64,000 nucleotides of DNA from an uncultured Planctomycetota bacterium (lineage in GTDB: Bacteria; Planctomycetota; Planctomycetia; Pirellulales; Lacipirellulaceae), in contig CAVRBU010000002.1 in the NCBI GenBank assembly GCA_963719315.1, positions 1,504,001-1,568,000 on the forward strand. The letters run 5' to 3'. Under the pieces are notes generated by a model that ran no database searches, was not told the DNA's origin, and saw only the letters and a program-made list of their open reading frames with translations. Position numbers and translations under genes: made by a program. Below, one piece after another: positions 53,948 to 62,651 of this stretch. Position 1 is the first letter of the stretch; every line of letters starts with the position of its first letter.

Positions 53948-55873
53948 ATGGGTGGGCTGCCCACCTGGGCTGTGGCCGCAGTGTTTGCGTCGCTCATCGG
54001 CGTTGTCTACGGTCCAGCCATCAACGTTCCCTTTATCTTTGACGACGTCGGCGCGATCGTCCAAAACGAATCGATCGTTTCGCTTTGGCCGTTGATCGGT
54101 AGTGCTCACCCTGGGCCGCTGAATCCGCCGCTGGAGCTTCCGACATCTGGGCGGCCGCTCGTAAACTTGTCGTTCGCGATCAACTACCATCTTGGCGGCC
54201 TGAATCCTGCGGGGTACCACGCGTTCAGTTTGTTGCTCCATTTTTTTGCGACCATGCTTCTGTGGGCAATTACGCGGCGAACGCTGCGCTTGCCCTACTT
54301 TGGCGGGCGATTCGATCGATCGGCCGAATGGCTGGCGCTGGCGGTAGCGATCCTCTGGAGCCTGCATCCTCTGCAAACCGAGGCCGTCATCTATGCCACG
54401 CAGCGCACCGAGCTAATGATGGCGGTATTTTATCTCGCCACGCTGTATTGCAGCCTGCGCTATTGGGCTGCCGTCCCGGTCGGTGCGGCCGACAACGCCG
54501 CGAAGATGCTCCAAGCTTCCAATGATCGAGGAACCGTCCGCGCCATGTGGCTCGCGCTCGCGGTGATTGCATGCTCAAGCGGCATGGCCTCCAAGGAAGT
54601 GATGGTCTCCGCGCCTCTGATCGTGCTTCTATACGAGCGCACATTTGTTGCTGGTTCCTTGGCAAATGCGTTGCGACGATCCTGGCCGCTCTACCTCGGC
54701 CTGGCTGCGTCGTGGATGCTGCTCTTGTATCTCAATGTAAGCGCTCCACACCGCGATGCCGCTGGGTTCCACCTTGGCCCGCCTGCTTACGTTTGGTGGT
54801 TCACCCAGTCGAAAGTGCTCTTCATGTATTTGAAGCTGGTCATCTGGCCATGGCCGCTGTTGATTCACTATCACATGCCCTATCTCACGAATTTTGCAGA
54901 AGCCTGGATGTACGTCATCCCTCTGATGCTTCTAGGAATCATCGTGCTTGTGCTGTTGTGGCGGAACACGCCCCTGGGCTTCTTGGGCACTTGGTTTTTC
55001 GCGCTCCTTTCGCCGACCTTTGTAATCCCGATTATCACTGAAATCGCCGCCGAACGACGGATGTATTTGGCGCTCGCTGTTCCCGTCGTGATCTTAGTCG
55101 TTGGCGGATATCGCCTGGCGGATGCCGTATTGCGCCGGCGAATCGCCAGCCCACAGACGGCTTCTCGATTCTCGGCTCCCCTCGCCACGATCGTCGCGCC
55201 GGCCATACTGCTTGCGCTCATCTTTTGTCTCGTCAGCTCGAAGCGGCTCCTAGCTTATGAGAACGAGATGAATCTCTGGTTGGAGGTGATGCGATACCAG
55301 CCGGACGACTACATGGCGCATCAGAGCATTGGCTCATATTTGGAAAAAATGGGCAACAATTCGGCTGCGATCGAGCAATATCGCGAGGCAATTCGCGCTG
55401 ACCCCGATGCATCCCTTGCCCACTACCGCCTCGCGCTTCTGCTGAGCAAGCAGGGCGCACACGCCGAAGCCGCCGACCAGTTTGCCGAAGCCGCGCGCAT
55501 TCTGCCCAAGAATGCGGTCCTCCGCAATAATCTGGCATTCGCACTGTATATAGCCGGTCGTAATGAAGAGGCGATCGAAGCGTTCCACGCGACGCTAGAA
55601 TTAGACCCCAACTATTGGACGGCGCACAAGAATTTAGGCGCCGCCCTACAAAAGGCCGGCAAGTATCAGGAATCAATCGCATCCTTCCAAACGGCGTTGC
55701 GGCTAAACCCCACGGCGATTGATATCTACAATGATTTGGCCAACAGTTACGTTCGCATGAATCAACGCCCAAAAGCGGTCGCGATGCTCGAACAAGGGCT
55801 CGAACTCGCGCGCGCCTCGGGCGATGTCGAAACCGCCAAAAAGTTTGCTGCCGGACTTGATGCGAATCGATAG
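53948..55873 (+). CDS. Polytopic membrane protein with C-terminal TPR repeats (TMTC/GT-C-like); start uncertain
   Basis: FIFDD..I..N, GRPLVNLSFAINY, LHPLQTEAV.Y..QRTE, SKE and AAERRMYL motifs; multiple TPR units. Confidence 0.85.
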   Translation: MGGLPTWAVAAVFASLIGVVYGPAINVPFIFDDVGAIVQNESIVSLWPLIGSAHPGPLNPPLELPTSGRPLVNLSFAINYHLGGLNPAGYHAFSLLLHFFATMLLWAITRRTLRLPYFGGRFDRSAEWLALAVAILWSLHPLQTEAVIYATQRTELMMAVFYLATLYCSLRYWAAVPVGAADNAAKMLQASNDRGTVRAMWLALAVIACSSGMASKEVMVSAPLIVLLYERTFVAGSLANALRRSWPLYLGLAASWMLLLYLNVSAPHRDAAGFHLGPPAYVWWFTQSKVLFMYLKLVIWPWPLLIHYHMPYLTNFAEAWMYVIPLMLLGIIVLVLLWRNTPLGFLGTWFFALLSPTFVIPIITEIAAERRMYLALAVPVVILVVGGYRLADAVLRRRIASPQTASRFSAPLATIVAPAILLALIFCLVSSKRLLAYENEMNLWLEVMRYQPDDYMAHQSIGSYLEKMGNNSAAIEQYREAIRADPDASLAHYRLALLLSKQGAHAEAADQFAEAARILPKNAVLRNNLAFALYIAGRNEEAIEAFHATLELDPNYWTAHKNLGAALQKAGKYQESIASFQTALRLNPTAIDIYNDLANSYVRMNQRPKAVAMLEQGLELARASGDVETAKKFAAGLDANR

Positions 55874-55917
55874 ACTCAAGAACTAATAGAAATGTCGGCG
55901 TTCGAGAATGAGGTCTT

Positions 55918-57486
55918 ATGTCACGCGTCCAAATCTACGACACCACACTCCGCGACGGCGCCCAAGGCGAGGGCGTGAACTTCTCCTTGCAGGATAAGTT
56001 GCTCATCGCCCATCGGCTCGATGAATTCGGCTTCGATTTCGTCGAGGGCGGCTACCCACTCTCCAACCCGAAAGACGCCGAGTTCTTCCAGCACATCGCG
56101 GCCGACCCGCTCAGGCACAGCCAGGTGTGTGCGTTCGGCATGACCCGCCGCAAGGGGGTGAAGGCCGTTGATGACCCCGGAATGAAAGCGCTCCTCGAAT
56201 CGCAGGCGCCGGTTATCACAATCGTCGGCAAGACGTCGGACTTCCACGTGACGGAAGTTCTCCGGGTCTCGTTGGACGAGAACCTCGCAATGATCCGCGA
56301 AACGATTGCCTACCTCCGCGAAATGGGGCGCGGCGTGATCTACGACGCCGAACACTTCTTCGACGGCTGGAAAGCGAACCCGGAATACGCCGCGAAAACG
56401 ATTCAAGCCGCCGTCGAGGGCGGCGCGATGCTCGTCGTGATGTGCGACACCAACGGCGGCAGCATGCCCGAGGAAGTCGCAGCTCTCACCAAGGAAGCCG
56501 CCGCAGCCGTCAGCGTGCCACTGGGCATCCACACGCACAACGATTGTGAGTTAGCGGTTGCCAATTCGTTGGCGGCTGTTGGCGCGGGTGCCGTCCACGT
56601 CCAAGGCACGATCAACGGCCTCGGTGAACGTTGCGGCAATGCCGATCTCATCTCCGTCATCGCCAATCTCGCGCTTAAGAAACAAGGCTACGAAGTGCTC
56701 GGCGGCGCCGGCGCCGAACATCTCACCGAGCTTTCGCGCTACGTGTACGAAGTCGCCAACATGCACTTCCGCAACAACCAGCCGTTCGTCGGCCCAAGCG
56801 CCTTCGCCCACAAGGGCGGCATGCACGTGCATGCCGTCAACCGCGCGGCCAGCAGCTACGAGCACATCGCCCCCGAAAGCGTCGGCAACTCCCGCCGCGT
56901 GCTCGTCAGTGAACTCTCCGGCCGGTCGAACATCGTTGCCCTCACAAGCAAATCGAACTTACAGCAAGATAGCGCGCTGATGGAGCGCGTCCTCAAGCAA
57001 GTCGTCGAAATGGAAAACCGCGGCTATCAATTCGAGGCGGCCGAGGCCTCATTTGACCTATTGGTCAAACGGGCCGCCGGCACGTACCGACCCCATTTCG
57101 AACTGCTGCACTATCGAGTCGATGTTGAAACTGATGGCGATGGCCAAACCACGACGGAAGCCACGGTAAAACTCTGCATCGGCGGCGAAGAGCGGCACGA
57201 AGTGGCCGAGGGCGACGGCCCCGTCAACGCCCTGGACGCTGCCCTGCGAAAAGCGCTCAATGGGCAATTCCCGAACCTCCGCGGCCTGCAACTGGTCGAT
57301 TATAAGGTCCGCGTCATCAACAGCGACGCCGGCACGGCAGCCGCCGTCCGCGTCGTCATCGAAAGCCAGGACGAAGACGGCACCACCTGGGGCACCGTCG
57401 GCGTCAACGAAAACGTAATCAAAGCCAGTTGGGATGCGCTGGTGGATAGCATCGAGTATAAACTGTGTAAGGATGGCCGTCCTTAG
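55918..57486 (+). CDS. cimA: Citramalate synthase
   Basis: YDTTLRDGAQGEG, EGGYP.SNPKD, YDAEHFFDG, AFAHKGGMH and SELSGRSN; LeuA-type regulatory domain. Confidence 0.92.
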   Translation: MSRVQIYDTTLRDGAQGEGVNFSLQDKLLIAHRLDEFGFDFVEGGYPLSNPKDAEFFQHIAADPLRHSQVCAFGMTRRKGVKAVDDPGMKALLESQAPVITIVGKTSDFHVTEVLRVSLDENLAMIRETIAYLREMGRGVIYDAEHFFDGWKANPEYAAKTIQAAVEGGAMLVVMCDTNGGSMPEEVAALTKEAAAAVSVPLGIHTHNDCELAVANSLAAVGAGAVHVQGTINGLGERCGNADLISVIANLALKKQGYEVLGGAGAEHLTELSRYVYEVANMHFRNNQPFVGPSAFAHKGGMHVHAVNRAASSYEHIAPESVGNSRRVLVSELSGRSNIVALTSKSNLQQDSALMERVLKQVVEMENRGYQFEAAEASFDLLVKRAAGTYRPHFELLHYRVDVETDGDGQTTTEATVKLCIGGEERHEVAEGDGPVNALDAALRKALNGQFPNLRGLQLVDYKVRVINSDAGTAAAVRVVIESQDEDGTTWGTVGVNENVIKASWDALVDSIEYKLCKDGRP

Positions 57487-57590
57487 CGACGCAATTTCAG
57501 ACTTGCGCCAAGAACGCGATCCATCCCATTCAACGTGTAGAAGCGCTCGGTCGTCTTTTCACCAACGTTGCTGTGCCCTAGAATTGAGCC

Positions 57591-57946
57591 ATGCATTACA
57601 CCATTAGGAATATTCCCGATGATCTCGATCGCGCGCTTTGCGCCGGGCGGCAGCGGAGCAAAGAAGCCTCGAAGACATCATCGTCGATTTGTTGGCGAGG
57701 AGCTTGGGCGCTGAACTATCCTCTTCGGCTAGCGAGCGCTTAGATTCAGAGCGCGCGAATAACTGGAAAGAGGACCCAGAATTCAAAGTTGCACTACGAG
57801 ATCAGAACATGATTGATTGGGACGCATGGAGCGACGGCATCCAGCGTCGCGACTTCACCGAAATCGCCGGGAAGCACCTCATAACGCCTGAAATGAGAGA
57901 GGTTTTTGCAGAGCAGCGACGCGTCGATCCTGAGCTCTGGAAATAG
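57591..57946 (+). CDS. FitA-like ribbon-helix-helix antitoxin, apparent frameshift near 57638
   Basis: MHYTIRNIPDDLDRAL continues as RRAAAEQRSLEDIIVDLL in another frame; lies directly upstream of a PIN gene. Confidence 0.65.
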
Positions 57947-57953
57947 CGGCGTA

Positions 57954-58352
57954 ATGCGAATCCTGATTGACACCAACTGTTTTTCTGAAATCGACGAAGG
58001 CGATTCCAGGACGATTCGCCGCCTGCAGTCCGCAACCGAAGTGTGGGTTCCTTTAATCGTGCTCGGCGAACTGTATGCGGGATTCGAGTTGGGATCACAA
58101 AAGGAGCAGAACGAAAAGCACCTTGAAACTTTTTTGAGCCAACCTTCAGTGGGCGTGTTGCTTCCCAACAATGAAACTGCGCGTCGATATGGCCAGGTTT
58201 TTCAATCGCTCCGTCGGCAAGGCACCCCGATTCTTATTAACGATATCTGGATCGCGGCCCTGGCATTGCAACATGATCTAGTTCTAGACTCCGCGGACAA
58301 ACACTTCGCGTACGTGCAGGGTTTGCTGCTTCTACGTCGTTGGACGATCTGA
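57954..58352 (+). CDS. vapC: VapC-family PIN toxin
   Basis: MRILIDTN..IVLGELYAG..G.PI.INDIWIAALALQH..DKHF. Confidence 0.9.
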   Translation: MRILIDTNCFSEIDEGDSRTIRRLQSATEVWVPLIVLGELYAGFELGSQKEQNEKHLETFLSQPSVGVLLPNNETARRYGQVFQSLRRQGTPILINDIWIAALALQHDLVLDSADKHFAYVQGLLLLRRWTI

Positions 58353-58353
58353 A

Positions 58354-61300
58354 ATGGACTTCAAATCCCTCCCCGCCCAATACGATCACGCCGCCGCGCA
58401 GGCCAAGTGGTACTCCTTCTGGGAAGACCTTGGGTACTTCCACGCCAGTGCCGATCCGAACGATGAACGACCCGTCTACACAATCGTCATCCCGCCGCCG
58501 AATGTGACCGGCGCCCTCCACCTCGGCCACGCCCTCAACAACACGCTGCAAGACATCCTGATCCGTATGAAGCGAATGCAGGGCTTCAACACGCTCTGGA
58601 TGCCCGGCACCGACCACGCCGGCATCGCTACGCAAGCCGTTGTCGAGCGGCGGCTGTTCGAGGAAGAAAAGAAAACTCGCCACGATCTCGGCCGCGAAGG
58701 CCTAGTGAAACGCATCTGGGATTGGAAAGACAAATACGAAGCACGCATCCTCGGCCAACTCCGCCAGCTCGGCTGCAGTTGCGACTGGGCACGCACGCGG
58801 TTCACGTTCGACGAGCAGAATTCACGAGCGGTCCGCGAATGGTTTTTCCGCTTGTTCCAAGACGGCAAAATCTACCGCGGCAAACGCCTCGTCAACTGGG
58901 ACACGTTCCTGCAAACCGCCGTCAGCGATGACGAAGTCTTTCACGAACCAACGAAGGGCCAATTCTGGCACTTCAAATACCCGGTCGTGGACCCGCAACC
59001 CGGCGAGCCGACGCACGTCACGATTGCCACGACGCGCCCCGAAACCATGCTCGGCGACACCGCCGTTGCCGTTCACCCCGATCCGGAAAAGGCGCTCGAC
59101 AAAGCCGGCGCCGCGCTCCGCGAAAAACTCTACAGTGCTCCCGCCAAAGATAAGGCCGACATCGAAGCCCAAGTCGAAGTCCTTGGCGTCCGCCGCCAGG
59201 CGGTCCTCCCTGCACTAATCCAATTGCGGAACATGGCAAAGTCCGGCCGCATGCTCGAACTCCCCCTCACCGGACGCACGATCCCCCTCATCACCGACGA
59301 ATGGGCCAAGCCCGAACTCGGCTCCGGCTGCGTGAAGATCACGCCCGCCCACGACGCCAACGATTACGACGTTTGGCAACGCCACCCCGAAATCGGCCTG
59401 CAAAATATCCTCAACAAAGACGGCACGCTCAACGACAGTGTGCCCGAAAAATACCGCGGCCTCACCATGAAGAAGGCCCGCGAAGCCGTAGTCGCCGACA
59501 TGGAAGCGCTCGGCAACCTAGTCGAAGTCGAAGTCCGCGAAATCGACCTCGCCCACTCCGACCGCAGCAAAACGCCCATCGAGCCCTACCTCGCCGACCA
59601 ATGGTTTATGAAGATGGGCGACGACCTCCCTCTCCCTCCAGGAGAGGGCCGGGGTGAGGGTGCCTTGGAAAGACCTTCCGGCAAACTCGGCCTCTCCCAA
59701 CTCGCGATGGACGCCGTCATCGACGGCCGCGTGAAAATCCTGCCCGAACGCTACGCCAAAGGCTACCTCGACTGGCTCAGCGAAAAACGCGACTGGCCAA
59801 TTGGCCGGCAACTCTGGTGGGGACATCAAATACCAGTTTGGACAATGGCTTGTGCCAGCGGAGATCATACTCCAAAACCACTTTCGCATGCGGAAATTGG
59901 CAGATGGTCGAAGGAAGAGGTCAAACTGGGAAAAATCATTGACGAAGGAAAGAAGTCAGGATTGGTTGCAACGAAGCTCGATGGCGATCTTTATATTTGT
60001 CTACGACATGAGAACGAAAATGTCGAACGACAACTAAACTCGATAAGTTTGATCAAGCGCGAGAGCGACGTCCTCGACACTTGGTTCTCCTCCGCTCTCT
60101 GGCCGCAATCCACGCTCGGCTGGCCGGACGAAACGCCTGAGCTCAAAAAATTCTATCCCACGAGCGCGCTCATTACGAGCCGCGAGATCATCACGCTGTG
60201 GGTCGCCCGGATGGTGCTGGCCGGCATCTACAACCGCGGCGAGGTGCCGTTCCACGAAGTCTACATCACACCGAAAATCCTCGACGGCTACGGCGAAACG
60301 ATGTCGAAGTCGAAAGGCAACGGCGTCGACCCGCTCGATGTGATCGACAAGTTCGGCGCCGACGCCCTGCGCTTCGGCGTTGCCCATCTCACGACCGAGA
60401 CACAGGACGTGCGGGTGCCGGTCGAATTCGAGTGCCCCCACTGCCACGCGCTCTTCCCGCAAACGAAAAAGAACCGCCAACAGCCGCGGATCGAATGCGA
60501 AAAATGCGGCCAACCCTTCAGCACCCAATGGGCCGAGAAGCCCGAAGACAAAGCCCTCCCGCGCGGCGCGGTCGTCAGCGAGCGCTTCGAACTGGGCCGC
60601 AACTTCGCCAACAAACTCTGGAACGCCGCCCGCTTTTCATTGATCAACCTTGAGGGCCATAAAGCCGCGACCGCTGGTCGCGGTGAACCCGGAACAGATG
60701 ATCTATTGCTCGAAGACCGTTGGCTCCTCTCCCGTCTCTCCACCGTCACCCATGATGTTACGAAGGCCCTCGAGCACTACCACTACGCCGACGCCGCGAG
60801 AGTGCTATACGACTTCGCCTGGAACGAATTCTGCAGTTTCTACGTGGAAATGACAAAAGCACGTTTTGCAGTACCAGAACAGCGTCAATCTGCCCAGCGC
60901 GTATTAGCTCATGCGCTCGACGTGCTCATGCGTCTCCTGCACCCGATGATGCCGTTCCTTACAGAAGAAGTATGGCAGTTGCTCGCGGAAGTTGTGCCCG
61001 AGCGCGGAATATCTAAACTACGAGCCGCAGAGCCGAGCGTTTGCATCGCCGCGTGGCCTGTTGTTGAATCCAAGCATTTGGATGGAACAATTGAAGAACA
61101 ATTCGCCGATTTCCAAGCTGTCCTCGGCGCCGTCCGGGAAGCCCGACAGCGGCAGAACATCCCGTTCAAAGAAGAACTCAACTTCACGGTCCGCTGCGAC
61201 GGGACCACTGCAAAACTGCTTGAGCCCATGCAGCCCTATTTCGCACAAATGGCCCATGCAATCGCCACGCAAGTCGGCCCCGCGGCCGAACCGCAGGGCG

Positions 61301-61572
61301 TGTCCATCAGCTTCCCCCTCACCAGCCGGCACGGCCCCATCGAAGTCCACGTCGACGTGAGCCGCTTTATCGACGTCACAGTTGAGCGCAAACGCCTCGA
61401 AAAAGACCGTGACAACCTCACGAAGCAAATCGCCTCGATCGACGCCAAGCTCGCCAACAAAGGCTTCGTCGATAAAGCTCCGCCCGAAGTCGTCCAGCAA
61501 CAACACGTCAAGCTGGAAGAGCTACGAGGCCAACTCACGTCCATCGAAGCCGCGCTGAAGAAACTCGGCTAA
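58354..61572 (+). CDS. valS: Valine--tRNA ligase
   Basis: PPPNVTGALHLGH, DHAGIATQ, ITPAHD, RQLWWGH, LDTWFSS and TMSKS; C-terminal coiled coil. Confidence 0.97.
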   Translation: MDFKSLPAQYDHAAAQAKWYSFWEDLGYFHASADPNDERPVYTIVIPPPNVTGALHLGHALNNTLQDILIRMKRMQGFNTLWMPGTDHAGIATQAVVERRLFEEEKKTRHDLGREGLVKRIWDWKDKYEARILGQLRQLGCSCDWARTRFTFDEQNSRAVREWFFRLFQDGKIYRGKRLVNWDTFLQTAVSDDEVFHEPTKGQFWHFKYPVVDPQPGEPTHVTIATTRPETMLGDTAVAVHPDPEKALDKAGAALREKLYSAPAKDKADIEAQVEVLGVRRQAVLPALIQLRNMAKSGRMLELPLTGRTIPLITDEWAKPELGSGCVKITPAHDANDYDVWQRHPEIGLQNILNKDGTLNDSVPEKYRGLTMKKAREAVVADMEALGNLVEVEVREIDLAHSDRSKTPIEPYLADQWFMKMGDDLPLPPGEGRGEGALERPSGKLGLSQLAMDAVIDGRVKILPERYAKGYLDWLSEKRDWPIGRQLWWGHQIPVWTMACASGDHTPKPLSHAEIGRWSKEEVKLGKIIDEGKKSGLVATKLDGDLYICLRHENENVERQLNSISLIKRESDVLDTWFSSALWPQSTLGWPDETPELKKFYPTSALITSREIITLWVARMVLAGIYNRGEVPFHEVYITPKILDGYGETMSKSKGNGVDPLDVIDKFGADALRFGVAHLTTETQDVRVPVEFECPHCHALFPQTKKNRQQPRIECEKCGQPFSTQWAEKPEDKALPRGAVVSERFELGRNFANKLWNAARFSLINLEGHKAATAGRGEPGTDDLLLEDRWLLSRLSTVTHDVTKALEHYHYADAARVLYDFAWNEFCSFYVEMTKARFAVPEQRQSAQRVLAHALDVLMRLLHPMMPFLTEEVWQLLAEVVPERGISKLRAAEPSVCIAAWPVVESKHLDGTIEEQFADFQAVLGAVREARQRQNIPFKEELNFTVRCDGTTAKLLEPMQPYFAQMAHAIATQVGPAAEPQGVSISFPLTSRHGPIEVHVDVSRFIDVTVERKRLEKDRDNLTKQIASIDAKLANKGFVDKAPPEVVQQQHVKLEELRGQLTSIEAALKKLG

Positions 61573-61577
61573 ACCGC

Positions 61578-61655
61578 GTAGGGTGTGTCGAGTCTTCGAG
61601 ACACACCACTTTATGCGCCTACCTTGGTGGGACTCGCCGACTCGACCCACCCTAC
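61578..61655. repeat. GTAG-type REP doublet
   Basis: GTAGGGTGTGTCGAGTC..CACACCA / TGGTGGGACTCG..GACTCGACCCACCCTAC. Confidence 0.7.
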
Positions 61656-61717
61656 GGCTTCTCGCTATAATGCAAGTGTGAGGTCAATCTTTCGGATTGA
61701 ATAAAGGATTCGCCGCC

Positions 61718-62128
61718 ATGCCCGTCGCGATGGAATTGTCTCGAATTATCATCAGCGAAATCAACGAATCGCAGGTGATTTTCTTGAAGGAGATCGACGG
61801 TCCGCGGACGTTTCCGATCCTGATCGGCATCTTCGAGGCCACGAGCATCGACCGCCGCGTGAAAGGCGTCGAGACGCCGCGGCCGCTCACGCACGATCTG
61901 TTGGTCAACGCGGTGGAATCGATCGGCGGCGAATTTCAGGACGTTGTCATTAGCGAGCTCCGCGAGCACACGTACTTCGCCAAGCTCCGCGTGCGGCACG
62001 AGGGCGAGCTCGTGGAAATCGACGCCCGCCCCAGCGACGCCATCGCGGTCGCCGTCACCTGCGACCCGCAGCTCCCGATCTTCGTGTCGGAAGACGTGCT
62101 GAACGACCTAATGGGCGAACAGCAGTAG
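61718..62128 (+). CDS. Bifunctional nuclease family (DUF151) protein
   Basis: FPILIGIFEA..RPLTHDLL..IDARPSDAIAVA. Confidence 0.9.
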   Translation: MPVAMELSRIIISEINESQVIFLKEIDGPRTFPILIGIFEATSIDRRVKGVETPRPLTHDLLVNAVESIGGEFQDVVISELREHTYFAKLRVRHEGELVEIDARPSDAIAVAVTCDPQLPIFVSEDVLNDLMGEQQ

Positions 62129-62179
62129 TTGGGGACAGGGGACGGGATACGGGGGGTAGGGGTGTTCGATCCCCATTTG

Positions 62180-62569
62180 CTAACGATCGCGAAAGACTTT
62201 ACGTCGTAGCGATGCTTGAAGTCCTCGGAGCATGCGCCGCTCGTGTTGCATCGATTCGAGTAATTGGTTGGCGATTGGTTGATCGATGAACGCGAGGCGT
62301 TCCGCGAGTTCGATAAACGTAGTCACTTCCGCGAGCGAACCAATCGCGATAGACAAGTGCCGAAGAAAATCTTTGGTAGACGACCGAGCATGCCCTTCGG
62401 CAATGTTGGCAGGAATTGACGCCGCTGCACGACGCAACTGACTTGTCAGCCCGAACTTCTCGTCCGTTGGAAAGCTTGCCGTGAGACGATAAACATCTTC
62501 GCTCAGCTGCATTCCGAGCTGCCACACCGCGAGGTCACGATAACTGCGAACGGCTCTTTCCGGTGACAA
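62180..62569 (-). CDS. Four-helix-bundle protein (23S rRNA IVS protein family)
   Basis: YRDLAVWQ..FP.DEKFGLTSQLRRAAASIPANIAEG..IAIGSLAE. Confidence 0.9.
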   Translation of the reverse strand: MSPERAVRSYRDLAVWQLGMQLSEDVYRLTASFPTDEKFGLTSQLRRAAASIPANIAEGHARSSTKDFLRHLSIAIGSLAEVTTFIELAERLAFIDQPIANQLLESMQHERRMLRGLQASLRRKVFRDR

Positions 62570-62651
62570 TTTGATCTCCCTTTACTTGCGCTAGCGAATC
62601 ATCAAAGACGCTTGCCTTGTCCCCGTCTCCTGTTTCCTGTTCCCTGTTCCC

